From Macrostomum lignano (taxonomy: Eukaryota): a stretch of 64,000 bases of DNA. The notes beneath the pieces are model-generated. The model was not told the DNA's origin. It saw nothing but the letters and a program-made list of their open reading frames with translations, and made no database searches. The translations under genes were made by a program, and so were the position numbers. Shown here piece after piece: positions 11,051-37,214 of the stretch. Where the stretch lies: NCBI GenBank assembly GCA_002269645.1, contig NIVC01000390.1:477516-541515 (forward strand), given 5' to 3'. Position 1 is the first letter of the stretch, and each line of letters opens with the position of its first letter.

Positions 11051-12474
11051 CTAGCTAGCAGCCCCGATCCATATACTGGCCATTAAGCTCCCTGAAGATG
11101 TCCTAACACCCTCAACAGTATCAACAATGGCGTCTGCAACTTTCCACCCAATCATGATGCAGACAGTACTCTCAACCTCATCCTCAGTGGTGACTGAACT
11201 AGTTATTCATTGGCCCTGCCATTCCTGCCCTCACTCTGACTCTAATGGCCTACTTGATGCCCTTTGAAGCTATCCTCAACAATGCTATCACTGACATGGA
11301 TGCCTGCAGCATAAATAGCTTTCTTGGGTCCTCGCAGGCCCTCTCAGGTCTTTGCTAACACCTGCCTCAACATGAACAATGATAATAGCTTCTCAAAGTT
11401 CTCAGCATCACAAAGGATGCTAGAAAGCATGGCCCCAAAGACAATGAGCTAACTCAATGCCTTCTCAATAAGTGTGTCTAGATATGTCTAGGCACACGTG
11501 TGCACCAGCATATGGCCTATGCTCTACTTACAAAATGAAAAAAGGCAAATATAGAAAATTAGAAAAGTATAATTCAAAGTCTTAATATTTAACCTTCTTA
11601 GATAAATAGATTTTTGTTTATTAGTTAAAAGTAGTACTAATTAAAAGACAAAGCATTTATATTTACATATTTAGCCTAAATAAGATAGTCATAGTCACTT
11701 CCACTGTTCACCTAGATGCATATGCATACAAGTAACTCTTTTCAGTCTTTTGCTCAAAAGTATCAAAGCCACTTATTCTAATACATAGGGGTACATAGGC
11801 ACGGTTTTTTTGAAGTACCTCTATGTGGCACCTGCAGGTTTTGGTGATTCTATTCCAATAGGAATGGTCAAAATAGGTTTTGGTTTAAAATTTAAAAAGG
11901 AAAGAAAAAGAAAAAATGTTGCTATATAATAAAATAGAAATTTTTAAAATATGTTTTACATTTGTTAGACTTTTGTTTGTCTATTTTTTTCAATTTCAAG
12001 AAGTAATAAAACATATTTATTTAAATTTTGTTTAAGAATACTTATTTTCATGTAATTCTTTATGATTTGTGATTCATTTTTTGTTTTTCATCAACTAGAT
12101 TTCTTTTTATTTTATCAATTTATTTTAGAAATTGTATAGTATCTTAAATTTTAGCATGTTTGATATATAAAGTAAAAACATCCTAGGATATTTTAAGAAG
12201 AATAGACACTTGACTTAGATTTATATGTTTATTTAATATTTTATTAGATTTATTAGATTAGTAGGCCCTTATTAGATTTATTTCAATATCAAATTAATAA
12301 AATTTCAATAAAATTTTTTTATATTTTCAGATTTTAGACTATGTATCAATGGTATTGTAGGTAGGTAGATGATGAGTACTTTTAGGTGCACTTATTTAAG
12401 TTATTTTAGATTTGTTGCCAGATATATATTAGGCTTCTAATTTAGATTTAGAATAAAAGAAAAGCAGTGGAGGC

Positions 12475-13124
12475 CCATACTCAGGAAGGTGGCCTAGCCA
12501 CGCTAAAATTTTGGCGTGCAAACTTGGCGTGCAAATAGGGGTCTCAAGCCACGCCTAAATTTTCAGCGTACAAGTTTTTTACTTGGCGTGTAACCTTGGC
12601 GTGCAATTACAAACTGACAGTATATCAACAAGTCAGATATAGATGTATACACTATATATATACAATATATAAAGTTAAATGTGAACAATTGAATTTGAAT
12701 ATTGATTAAACCAACTAGTTGAGGGCTGACGCTGAGGCTACAGCCTAGCCTACAGCCAGGCCTACACTCTACAGCCTACATTAAAATTAAAATATCCAAT
12801 AACTTTTAAACGCTCTTATTTTGTGACTCTTGTAGGCTTTTAGTTTATTTGTTTCTTGAAATGTGAAGAAAAATTTTTTGATACTCACAATGTTTTTTGT
12901 AGCAAATTTCCTTTTTTATAGAAACTTTGTTTAACGTAAGTAGAAAAATTATTTAAAAATAGTATCTAATACGGTTAATATTCAAATCAAGAATGCAAAT
13001 AGATTTTTGGTGTGCAACAGAAACGTCATGTTAAGGGTTTTAAAAAATTGGCGTACATTGGCGTGCACCAAGGATTTTTCCATAAATTGATTCCTGCGTG
13101 CACTTGCCACCTTCCTGACTATGG
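12475..13124. mobile_element. 650-bp MITE with 8-bp target-site duplication (hAT- or P-like)
   Basis: TIRs CCATACTCAGGAAGGTGGC / GCCACCTTCCTGACTATGG (1 mismatch). TSD GTGGAGGC at 12467-12474 and 13125-13132. Subterminal TTGGCGTGCA repeats at both ends. Confidence 0.88.
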
Positions 13125-13484
13125 GTGGAGGCTATGGAGCCCATTCTGCTAGGCCTAGGCCTAACCTTTGGCAGCCTTGAATATTTATTTATTGCTTGAT
13201 TATTAACTTAAGAATGGTAAATTTGTGATAGCATGGCCATGGTCTGATTTAGGCCTACGCCTTGCTTGTGCTAGCCAGCTAGTGAGCTACTGAGCTAAAA
13301 ATTCATAACCATAATGACATTAAAATAATACCGACATTTTCAAAAAAAGAAATTTCATACCAAATATAAAACGACTCTACATCACCGGGGGCAGGGAAAT
13401 AGACAGCAAGTTGGGCATTGATTGGTTTATATACATTTGCTAAGATTCAAAAAACCCTAACTACACCTGTCTCCTCACTCAGCG

Positions 13485-13510
13485 CGCGACCAATGAACTT
13501 CTATAAATCG
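13485..13510 (+). promoter_or_regulatory. Candidate core promoter (CCAAT plus TATAAA) of the RCC1-repeat gene
   Basis: CCAAT at 13490-13494 and TATAAA at 13502-13507 in a small CG-containing patch ~550 bp before the ATG. Motif match only. Confidence 0.3.
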
Positions 13511-14058
13511 CTTTCTAAGAAACTTTTATCTGCCATCTGTAACAAGAGCTAAAGCAGGACAAAGTACGTTACCAACGTATACAGATTATCTTAAAAGTTT
13601 TTTTCAATTTAAAATGTTTGCATGTATAACATTTTAGGTCACTGTGTATTAGGTATTTGTTAATTCGGTTGCTAAGAAGTACGTTTTTTTAACTTGGTGA
13701 CTCTTGACACTTTATGAGAAAGACCATCCATGAGATCGTGCGTTTTTAAATTACCTTTCTTGCTTGAAATTTTGTCGTCTATATTTTCGTATTGTCAGCC
13801 TGATCTTTTTGTACAAACCATCACCTTTGCATTGTACTCGAATATTGCTTTAAGCACGGTATCAAGCTTATACAACAATTTTATATTCACCGTCCAATAG
13901 ATGTCACAATAACTTGATTGTTACAATTTGAATCAAATCAATTAGTCTACGTATATCAACCTTGAACCTTTTGCTGAAGATTTCCAGGAGGTTTATTATT
14001 TAGAAAATAAATGAAAAAGTACCTAGATTGATTCGAGAGAGTAATTTCATCGAAATTT

Positions 14059-19908
<5,850 letters not shown>

Positions 19909-20082
19909 CCTATTGTCGCAATTTCTTCTCGCAATTCTGCTGATGGTGTGCTCGTTGCTCTGGAAGGCTGCACAAGCCTCTGAGCGGAAAGTCAGCTTAA
20001 GCACCGGAATGGGGCCGGAAGTAACGCTCCAGATGAAAACTGATTGCGATCCATAACCCACCGTACCGCCATACAAGTCCAT

Positions 20083-20191
20083 AATCCCCATTTGCTGCTG
20101 CTGTCGCCTCTGCGACAGAGTTTCACCCGGCCATTGATTGATTTTTTATCAACTTGATAGGATTTATTGGCCATGGCAGCAAATGGGGATT
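20083..20191. other. Perfect 16-bp inverted repeat enclosing smaller hairpins, downstream of the RCC1-gene stop
   Basis: AATCCCCATTTGCTGC (20083-20098) pairs with GCAGCAAATGGGGATT (20176-20191). Inner CTGTCGC-ctct-GCGACAG hairpin. Confidence 0.6.
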
Positions 20192-20509
20192 CTCGTCGTG
20201 CTCGGTCTCATTATGAATTTGATTTACAAAAGCAATAGAGTCCACTTTCATAGTCCCTAAGCTAGACCGATCGGGATCTAGCAATTAAGGCCTTAACAAT
20301 GAAAAGCAGTTTCCTTATATTGTGAAAGAGCATGTGATTGAAGGCGCGTTTTGGGAAGCTAAGTCAAATTAGCGACATTATCGATGCTGAAATCCTGCTG
20401 ATGCCCGAAATCCTGCTGACGTCAGAATCGAAGCTTACGAATCCTCTTTCGAGTTTGCATGTTTTCTGGCAAAGCATTTTTCCGATAACTTCAGTCCTTT
20501 TTTCTGAGG

Positions 20510-20760
20510 CTATGATATGAATTGCTATCTGGGGTTGCTTGCTATACGAGTATGGGGGTTGTTTAATTGCTATCGGGGGAATTGCTTGCTCAGGGGAATC
20601 GCTGAGATGTCGAGGCTTACTGGGGGGGGATTGTCTGATGTGTCAAAGGCTTACTGGGGAATTGTTGAGATGTCCAAGCAAGGACTACTTAACAACACGT
20701 TGTGTTGTTGTAGTCCTTATGTCCAAGTCTACTGGAGGGAATTGCTTCGGTGTTAAGGCA
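20510..20760 (+). repeat. Degenerate copy of the minisatellite family seen at 27.5-28.7 kb and 51.0-51.4 kb
   Basis: Contains GCTGAGATGTCGAGGCTTACTGGGGG units and TTGCTTGCTAT...GGGGG units. Confidence 0.65.
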
Positions 20761-23700
20761 TGGGATTTACATGTAGCCTATGCTCCCGAAGTCGAATGTG
20801 TTTCTTTTAAGATTGAATTTAGTTTTTTCAGAATAGTGATAGTTCAGTGGCCAAGCCCGATAAGCAAAAGAATTGATCCATTTTCCTGTCAAATGTATAG
20901 TCCTCCATGTGCGTGTACATGTTTACATTTTACTCAATTACCTTGATAATTATTTTAATTATGCAAGTGCCAATTCACTTATAGCTCTTTTTTCTTGACT
21001 TCGATTCGAATTAGCAAAACTACTTTTAATTTTGGGATTCTGCACACTATATCAATAATTTTGTAGTCTTTACAGTGTAAATTTGCTTAATACAACATGG
21101 CATGAATGTCTTGTTCAGGGAATAAATCAGGTTGGCTTCCATACATCTGCGTTATTTTAGTCGATAAACTCAAATTGATTCGTTGATCTTACAACTTATG
21201 GTAATTATTGTTCGAGAAAAAAGGATCTTGACAGCTTAAGTCTTTGAAATTTATCAACTATTAACAGAAAATCGCTAGCAGATACATCTTGCACACAAAA
21301 ACCCAAAGTATCCAAGCCCCTAGGTGATTGGGGGCTGATGGTACCTCTTTGATTTACTGAGGTTATACTTCCATATCAATATGCATTTAGTTTATGAGAG
21401 TTTCTTTCGTGTAAACCAATGGATTATAATACTCGTAGTACAATATCCATAACTTTAAAATTAATATGCAAGTTTTAAATGTTACGTGCATCTAGTTATT
21501 ATAATACATACAATTCTTAGACTAAAAACGCTAATGTTTTACGGGTGGATACAGTACTTTGTTTAAAAGGGTTCTTGTTTGCGCTCTAAGTTTAAATCAG
21601 CATTTTTCCTAGAACTTAAGTCTACTAATTTCACTATCCGCTGACTAGCGTACTAATACACAGCATTCCAGCAAATGAATAATTTAAAGGCTAAGTATAA
21701 CTAAATAATATATAAATTGGTAGTCTTATGGTGCGAAATAAATTCATAAATATGTAAAGGTAAAATTATGATCGTCTCGTGCAACTACTTTTTTACACTA
21801 CATACTGTATTCTCTGAAAAGCTTTGGTTTGGTAATAGATCAATGTTTTGATTTAAATATGCAATCTAATCTGTTCTGACTTCCTGCTTACCTAAAGTGT
21901 TTGCTGTATCCTAGTTTTTATTAATTTTCGTTCCTTCCGCTCAGACTGCCAAACTTTTGTATCATTTTAATTATATTTAATAGGGTTTTAAAAGTTTAAA
22001 TTAGAGCACTGAAAATATTTGATCTCAAACAAACAAGTTAAAGGCAGAGTTTTCAAATATGTGTAATATAATTATAATAATACTAACAACCATCAGTAGG
22101 GTATCTATCTAGGGTTGAAATAAGAATACATACCCATTTTGAAGATTTTTTTCAAAATTGTGAATTTTTTTAATTTAAAATTTTTACTCTTTAGACTAAA
22201 CTTTAGACTCAGGTAATAACTCAAATTATTAGACATAATTTGATCTAATCTAACACAACCAAAGTTATCCCACGATTCAATTTTTTTAGCTATAACTAAT
22301 ATTAGTAGAAATTTTCTATGATCTTGATTGATTTCTAATATTAATATCTTAATGATTTTAATATTGACTTAAGTAAGATCTTAGATTTTTTTATTTCCTA
22401 ATTATTAGGAATTCAAAACTAAGTTGATTATAAAATGGATATTATAATTTTTATCTTATCAATATAAAGTTTCTTATTCAATATTTATATTACTATATTT
22501 ATTGGTTGATAATAATAATAATATAACAATTTACTTAATTTTAATACCTTCAACTTTTGTTGACTAATTTTTATTATATAATCCATAGTCTGGATCATGC
22601 TAGTTGCACACCCAAACAAAAATTTAAGGGTTATAAATGCATACCAAATTAATTTAGGTGCATGCCCATACTTTTAATAAAAGTACCCTTTTTGGCTGAT
22701 AATTTGGTTGATAATTTATCTTTTTTGCCTATGCTATTTATACTAAAAAGTCAATGCATATAAGCATTTGTTTTAATAGTATATTATGAGCATAAAAACT
22801 AGAAAGCTTGAAATTTATGCTTAAAAATTAACTTTTCAATATTTTTCCACTTAATACTAACTCTTCTGTGTGATTCTATGCATTGCATACTAGTTGTCTA
22901 GACACACTTTTTTCTTAGGAGTCCTGCATGCCAACAATGCATGCCTAACTTTTGGCATGCAAGGCCAATGCATGCCCAAAATTTTGTGTGTATACTACAT
23001 GATCCAGAGTGTGGTTGATATGCAATCTATTTTATATATTTGGGTCTTTTTTATTTAATGATACAAAAATATATTTATTGTATTATATTATGGAACTGAC
23101 TTAAAATGTGTATCTTTAGATAGTATACCAAATTTGCTTTGTAAGTATATTCATACATGTGCAACAGTTGGCCAAGTTGGCCACTTTGGCCAACTGATTT
23201 GGCAGCCAACCAAGGTAAGTTGCAAAAATGCCCCCCTCCAAATAAATACCCAAGTAGTACTAAGTAGATAATGAGGCATTTTGCCTTAATAAGACAGTCA
23301 TAGTTACTCCTGCTATTTATCCAAAGTTGCATTAATTTTGCTTTAGGGTTTCTTTTACATGTAAGTTGCATTTTTGGCCAAAAACTATGTTGCATTTTTT
23401 GTTGTAACTAAGTTGCATGACCAATTTAGGAGGTTGCACATGTATGAGTACATTATATTGTACTAAAATAAAAATAGCATTTTCAAAATAGGTTAGATTA
23501 CATTTTATTTGTTATTACAGTTCTTTAGTTTGCTTTTATAATTAACTTACATTAACGTTATTTGTAGTCATTTTGCTTTTAATTTTGTTGGAATATAAAC
23601 AAGTTTGAAAATATGGAAATCATGTGGTTCTATAAATAGATTAGCATACAACAACAACAATATATGTGGCCTTGCAAGCAAAGGTCAAAGTTAGAGCAGG

Positions 23701-24837
23701 GTGCATCAGATGGCGTGCTGCAGAGTCTAGGAGCAACAGTCTACTCTGTTGGCAGCGTTGGGCACCCCAATGTTGCACAGCAGGCAGTCCAAATATCAAT
23801 AGGTTTGGGCCTAACCCCGCCTGAATGGACCCTGCAAGGTGAGCAGCAGGATGTCTTTAAATAGATTGGAGGCAGTAGCCATTAGCCTGGATCATATGCT
23901 AAAAGATTAGCATGTTTTTGTTTTTTTACTTTTTGCATATTTGTAGATAGTATTTAAAAAGATATAACTATTTTATAAATATAGTCCCTTTGTTTGATAA
24001 TCTTAATTGTCTTAAATAAGTTTTTGATTGTATTTATATCACAAAACATTTTGTACCTAATGTTGCTAATTGCCTTATGAGTAATCAGTGAACTAATTTA
24101 CTCTGCTAGCTTTTCTAAAGTAATCAAAAATCCAATTATATGATAAGCTATACAGTCATTCTGAAACTGTTGTGGCATGTATATCATTTTGCAATAGACT
24201 ACTTAAAGTAGAAATGAATAAATCTATTAGTATTAGTGGTTAAAATGCATTATGCATGATAAATATTATTGATTCAATGCGACGCAAACCAATAGGATAG
24301 CCCAATGTCACGTGCCTGTCCTACTTATCTTGTCTTCAACCAGCCAACAACTCTCTGTCTTCAGCTGCTTTTGTCAAAAGCCATCAGGTTAAAATCCCTG
24401 TATACATTTTTGCTGCACTTTCGAAGCCCCACAGATAAACTAGAGAGCTGGCCTTCTCCTTTCAGAATCCATACTGTTCACCTCTGCACTTCATACATTC
24501 TGAAGTGAATCTGCTAGCCAGTCAGATAAGCTCCGGCCTCTGTTTGAGTTCTTTTTTACCTTATTCGAATTCCTGTCTGCCTCTGAGCAGGGGAGGAGAA
24601 GGAAAGGGATGAAGAGTAGGAGTGAGGATCATGGACCTGTCTGTACTCGGGAAGCTGGGTTGGTGCGAGCCGTGAGCCGCGGGTTTGTTTGGTGCTCGCT
24701 GCTGCTGTGCGTGGGCGGCTGAGAGAGGGGCGGCCGGGTTAGCCGATGGACGGAAAATGGATGGCAGATCAAAGGCGAGGCGAGATTTAAAAGCCCATAG
24801 CGGCGGCGATGATGGCGCCCCGGCTAATCCTCTAGTC

Positions 24838-24838
<1 letters not shown>

Positions 24839-24870
<32 letters not shown>
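24839..24870. repeat. (GA)n microsatellite within a CpG-rich patch
   Basis: Directly visible. Confidence 0.9.
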
Positions 24871-24873
<3 letters not shown>

Positions 24874-25344
24874 GCTGAGAGTTGAGTCGGTTATCTGACA
24901 CTGACACCTCCAAGCACCTGTGAAATGGATGCCGCTTCCAAAGGAAGCGATCAAGGGAGAGAGGCAGACGGGAAAGAGAACAGTAGGAGCAATGTACTTC
25001 GCTATTAGCGGCAACGCGGTCGCTCTCAGAGTCCCCAATCTCTGTCTCTACCTGTCTCTCCCTAATTCACGGCTCTCTGCTCTCTGGAGTAGGGAAAAGA
25101 TAAGCATGAGCTCAATATTTAGCCATAGCTGCGACAAAGGATATATATTTTTTTGACAGTGAACTCAATGCATAGCGGTATAGTAGATTGAGAGCGAAAG
25201 GCAAGAGTGAAATAAAAAGGCCGCAGATGAGAATGGAGAATCCGTGCGCAGCCTCCTTATTACTTAGCTTAATGACAGGAGCGACTCGGGTTTCTGCTCT
25301 CCCTATACTTCAGCTTCAGGGTGTGTTTGTCTGTCTCTGCTGAC

Positions 25345-26395
25345 AGTCGGCCCTCCAGCCTAATCTAGAATCGCCCTCTAGCCTAATCTAGAATCGCCCT
25401 CTAGCCTAATCTTAAACCACCCTATTGTCTAATCTAGAATCGCCCTCCAGCCTAATCTAGAATCGCCCTCTAGCCTAATCTAGAATCGCCCTCTAGCCTA
25501 ATCTTGAACCACCCTATTGTCTAATCTAGAATCGCCCTCCAGCCTAATCTAGAATCGCCCTCTAGCCTAATCTAGAATCGCCCTCTAGCCTAATCTTGAA
25601 CCACCCTATTGTCTAATCTAGAATCGCCCTCCAGCCTAATCTAGAATCGCCCTCTAGCCTAATCTAGAATCGCCCTCTAGCCTAATCTAGAATCGCCCTC
25701 TAGCCTAATCTTGAACCACCCTATTGTCTAATCTAAAATCGCCCTCCAGCCTAATCTAGAATCGCCCTCCAGCCTAATCTAGAATCGCCCTCTAGCCTAA
25801 TCTTGAACCACCCTATTGTCTAATCTAGAATCGCCCTCCAGCCTAATCTAGAATCGCCCTCCAGCCTAATCTAGAATCGCCCTCTAGCCTAATCTTGAAC
25901 CACCCTATTGTCTAATCTAGAATCGCCCTCCAGCCTAATCTAGAATCGCCCTCCAGCCTAATCTAGAATCGCCCTCTAGCCTAATCTAGAATCGCCCTCT
26001 AGCCTAATCTAGAATCGCCCTCTAGCCTAATCTTGAACCACCCTATTGTCTAATCTAAAATCGCCATCTAGCCTAATCTAGAATCGCCCTCTAGCCTAAT
26101 CTAGAATCGCCCTCTAGCCTAATCTTGAACCACCCTATAGTCTAATCTAAAATCGCCATCTAGCCTAATCTAGAATCGCCCTCTAGCCTAATCTAGAATC
26201 GCCCTCCAGCCTAATCTAGAACCACCCTATAGTCTAATCTAAAATCGCCATCTAGCCTAATCTAGAATCGCCCTCTAGCCTAATCTAGAATCGCCCTCCA
26301 GCCTAATCTAAAACCACCCTATAGTCTAATCTAAAATCGCCATCTAGCCTAATCTAGAATCGCCCTCTAGCCTAATTTAGAATCGTCATTGAGTC
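25345..26395. repeat. 23-bp minisatellite with higher-order structure
   Basis: Unit A TCTAGAATCGCCCTCTAGCCTAA is interspersed every 2-4 units with variant B TCTTGAACCACCCTATTGTCTAA. Confidence 0.93.
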
Positions 26396-26774
26396 TACGA
26401 AGAATCCTGTATGTACTATCAACCTGTACGATTACCTGCTGCTGCACTGCAAACTCAAATCCTTCTATCTCAATTCAGACAATAGCATGCCTTCAATTCT
26501 TCATTTTATCTGCTTTCGCTTTTTTGTATTGCCCCAAAAACGCATCTACCTGGCTGCCTCAGATCCCCTGGTTCGGATTAGCTGGCTTTATTAGCCAAGC
26601 CGAAAATCAATTACGTGCGTTTTTGTGTTTAAAATTTTCAATACTCGAAATAACAAAGTTCAAAGCATAATTGTGATAAATTCTGTTTGCGCTTTTTCAC
26701 TAGCTAATGGTCCTGTGTATGCTGCATAAGCGGAGTACTTATTGGTTGCTGCTCATTTCTGAGCCACCCAAACA

Positions 26775-27035
26775 GCGCGACGCGCCACTCAAACGGCGCC
26801 ACTTAAACAGCGCCATTCAAACGGCGCCACTCAAAAAGCGCCGCTCAAAAGGCGCCACTTAAACAGCGCCATTCACACGGCGCCACTCAAAAAGCGCCGT
26901 TTAAAAGGCGCTACTCAAACGGCGCCGCTCAAAAGGCGCCGCTCATAAGGTGCCGCTCAAAAGGCGCCGCTCAAAAGGCGCCACTCCAGCAACGCCATTC
27001 ACACGGCGCCATTCAAAAGGCGACACCCAAACGAC
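26775..27035. repeat. 14-bp minisatellite (GGCGCCACTCAAAA/C)
   Basis: About 18 imperfect units. Confidence 0.85.
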
Positions 27036-27494
27036 GCTTTTTGTTTCCAATTTTATTATAAATTGGATTCTTTTGATAATAATAATTTTTCTGTACTTCT
27101 GCCGCACATAAGTGTTGACCAGTGATTTATTTATAATCCGCGCATTTATGACTAATGCGCCTTAGCTACTAGTTGACGCTGACGCCATCTATTGCCACAA
27201 AAGTATACATGGAGATAGTACCAATATAAATGGGAATTTGTTTATTCGCAGCTAGAATCCTCTCGTATTTTTCTCTCCCCACATCCTTTCTAGCTTTAGT
27301 AGCTAATAGACAGGCCGTTTCTATTTTTCATTAGTCTCCTCTTCCCCGAGCTCTAGTCTTCGCTTTTGAGTCCGCTTCCAGCCGGCTGAGAGAGAGCTGC
27401 AGTTGCAAGCACAAGGAGACCCGAAAAACCCAGCAGTCTGGAGTGGCGACTTGCCATTTTTAGACAGCTGTAGGTTTTAGTTTAGTTTGCAAAT

Positions 27495-28814
27495 GTAGGC
27501 TTACTGGGCTATTGCTGAGATGCCAAGGCTTACTGGGGGAATTTCTGAGATGCCAAGGCTTACTGGGGGAATTGCTGAGATTTAAAAAGCTTACTGGGGG
27601 AATTGATGAGATTTAAAAAGCTTACTGAGGGACATGCTGAGATGTCAGTGCTTACTGGGGGAATTGCTGAGATTTCAAGGCTTACTGGGGTATTGCTGAG
27701 ATGTCAAGGCTTACTGGGCTATTGCTGAGATGTCAGTGCTTACTGGGGGTATTGCTGAGATGTCAGTGCTTACTGGGGGAATTGCTGAGATTTCAAGGCT
27801 TACTGGGGTATTGCTGAGATGTCAAGGCTTACTGGGCTATTGCTGAGATGTCAGTGCTTACTGGGGGTATTGCTGAGATGTCAGTGCTTACTGGGGGTAT
27901 TGCTGAGATTTCAAGGCTTACTGGGGGAATTGCTGAGATGTCAGTGCTTACTGGGAGTATTGCTGAGATTTCAAGGCTTACTGGGGGAGTTGCTGAGATT
28001 TCAAGGCTTAATGGGGGAATTGCTGAGATGTCAGTGCTTACTGAGGGTATTGCTGAGATGTCAGTGCTTACTGGGGGTATTGCTGAGAGTTCAAGGCTTA
28101 CTGGGGGAATTGCTAAGAGTTCAAGGCTTACTAAGGGAATTGCTAAGATATCAGTGCTTACTGGGGGAATTGCTGAGATTTCAAGGCTTACTGGGGGAAT
28201 TGCTAAGAGTTCAAGGCTTACTAAGGGAATTGCTAAGATGTCAAGGCTTACTGGGGGTATTGCTGAGATTTCAAGGCTTACTGGAGGAATTGCTGAGATT
28301 TCAAGGCTTACTGGGGGAGTTGCTGAGATGTCAGTGCTTACTGGGGGTATTGCTGAGATTTCAAGGCTTACTGGGGGAATTGCTAAGAGTTCAAGGCATA
28401 CTAAGGGAATTGCTAAGATGTCAAGGCTTACTGGGGGTATTGCTAAGAGTTCAAGGCTTACTGGGGGGTATTGCTGAGATGTCAAGGCTTAATGGGGGTA
28501 TTGCTAAGAGTTCAAGGCTTACAGGAGGGGGGGTATTGCTGAGATGTCAAGGCTTACTGGGGAATCGCTAAGATGTGAAGGCTTACTGGGGGTATTGCTA
28601 AGAGTTCAAGGCTTACTGGGGGGGGGGTATTGCTGAGATGTCAAGGCTTACTGGGGGTATTGCTAAGAGTTCAAGGCTTACAGGAGGGGGGGGTATTGCT
28701 GAGATGTCAAGGCTTACTGGGGAATCGCTAAGATGTGAAGTAATATAGGATACGCATTAATAATTTTCTTCCCTTGCTAATTGGCCGCCCCGAAGGGAGG
28801 CACAAGATTGCTAG
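27495..28814 (+). mobile_element. Non-autonomous Helitron-like element: 30-bp minisatellite plus 3' hairpin and CTAG terminus
   Basis: About 40 units of TGCTGAGATGTCAAGGCTTACTGGGGGAAT, then GGCCGCCCCGAAGGGAGGC and AGATTGCTAG|T ending at 28814. The same terminus occurs at 51642. 5' end not found. Confidence 0.62.
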
Positions 28815-29589
28815 TCTATGTAACTAATCTTCAAGTATTATCATTAATTCGGTTTAGTAGAACTGAGTATGTCCTCTTTGTTCTTGAGTAATTGGGTAAA
28901 GTACTTTAATCTTTTGTTTAAAAGTGCAATCAATTCAAGCAATAAAAATGTTTTCTGCATTACAAACATTTATGCATAAATTGACGAAACAATAGTCAGC
29001 CTATAGTTGTCTGAAAGTGGCGGGTTTTGAGGGGAGTCGCCACTCCAGTCCAGACTGCTGGTTTTTTTGGGTCTCCTTGAGCCAAGCAAAGCCTGCCTGC
29101 CTCCTATTGGTTGGAACTGGCAAGGCCAGACAGTAGCTGCCGGATAGTTTAAACTGTCAAGCCTGTGCCAACCCCCCAGCCCCACCCTCCCCACCCGCCT
29201 TAGGCAATGATTCGGGCATAAAAGCGTTACGATCGCGTGCAATGCCTCCTGTGCTCACTCTCTCCGGCTTAAGCTCGCCTGTAAATACTATATAGTTATA
29301 ACAGACAACTCATTAAAACCGTGCTCGCCTTTGTCATTAGTCCTTTATTAATATTCGAGAAAATTGATTGCAAGCCTTACTCAGCTGGGTATTAGCTTGT
29401 GCATAGACTCGAATCAATAAATTGTAGTGTTAAAGTAAGCATCTGGAGCTTAAAGCTTGAATTATAGGGTGAAAATTTATAAATCAAACGGCATTATCTA
29501 TTTGTTGCAGATAAATCGGGTCGGTCGCAAAGCAGTTAAAAAGCGTTGACAAGGTTGACAAGCCAACAATAGATCCGCTGTCCGCTAAG

Positions 29590-36927
<7,338 letters not shown>

Positions 36928-37214
36928 AAGTGGGCAAGATGGATTCCTCAGTGACTGACAGCACAAACTGCAGCTGAATATTCAGTGTTGAATATCTGTT
37001 CCACTATTTTGCTTTGTTGCCTGTCTTTGTTCTTTTTTAGCCAGTTCAACACAGATAGGCTCTATTGGAGTCTGTTTTTAGTTTTCGTTTTGTACGCTCC
37101 TAATGGCGAGTCTCTTTAGTAGTATTTAATAGTATACGAGCGTACAAAAGAGCAATATCTCGACAGTCTGAACAGAGGTGTTTGACAAATTAGAAACAAA
37201 GTCATAAATAGAAT

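Noticed and set aside
27819-28571. ORFs with 10-aa repeats (GGIAEISRLT)
   Set aside because: 30-bp minisatellite of the Helitron-like element
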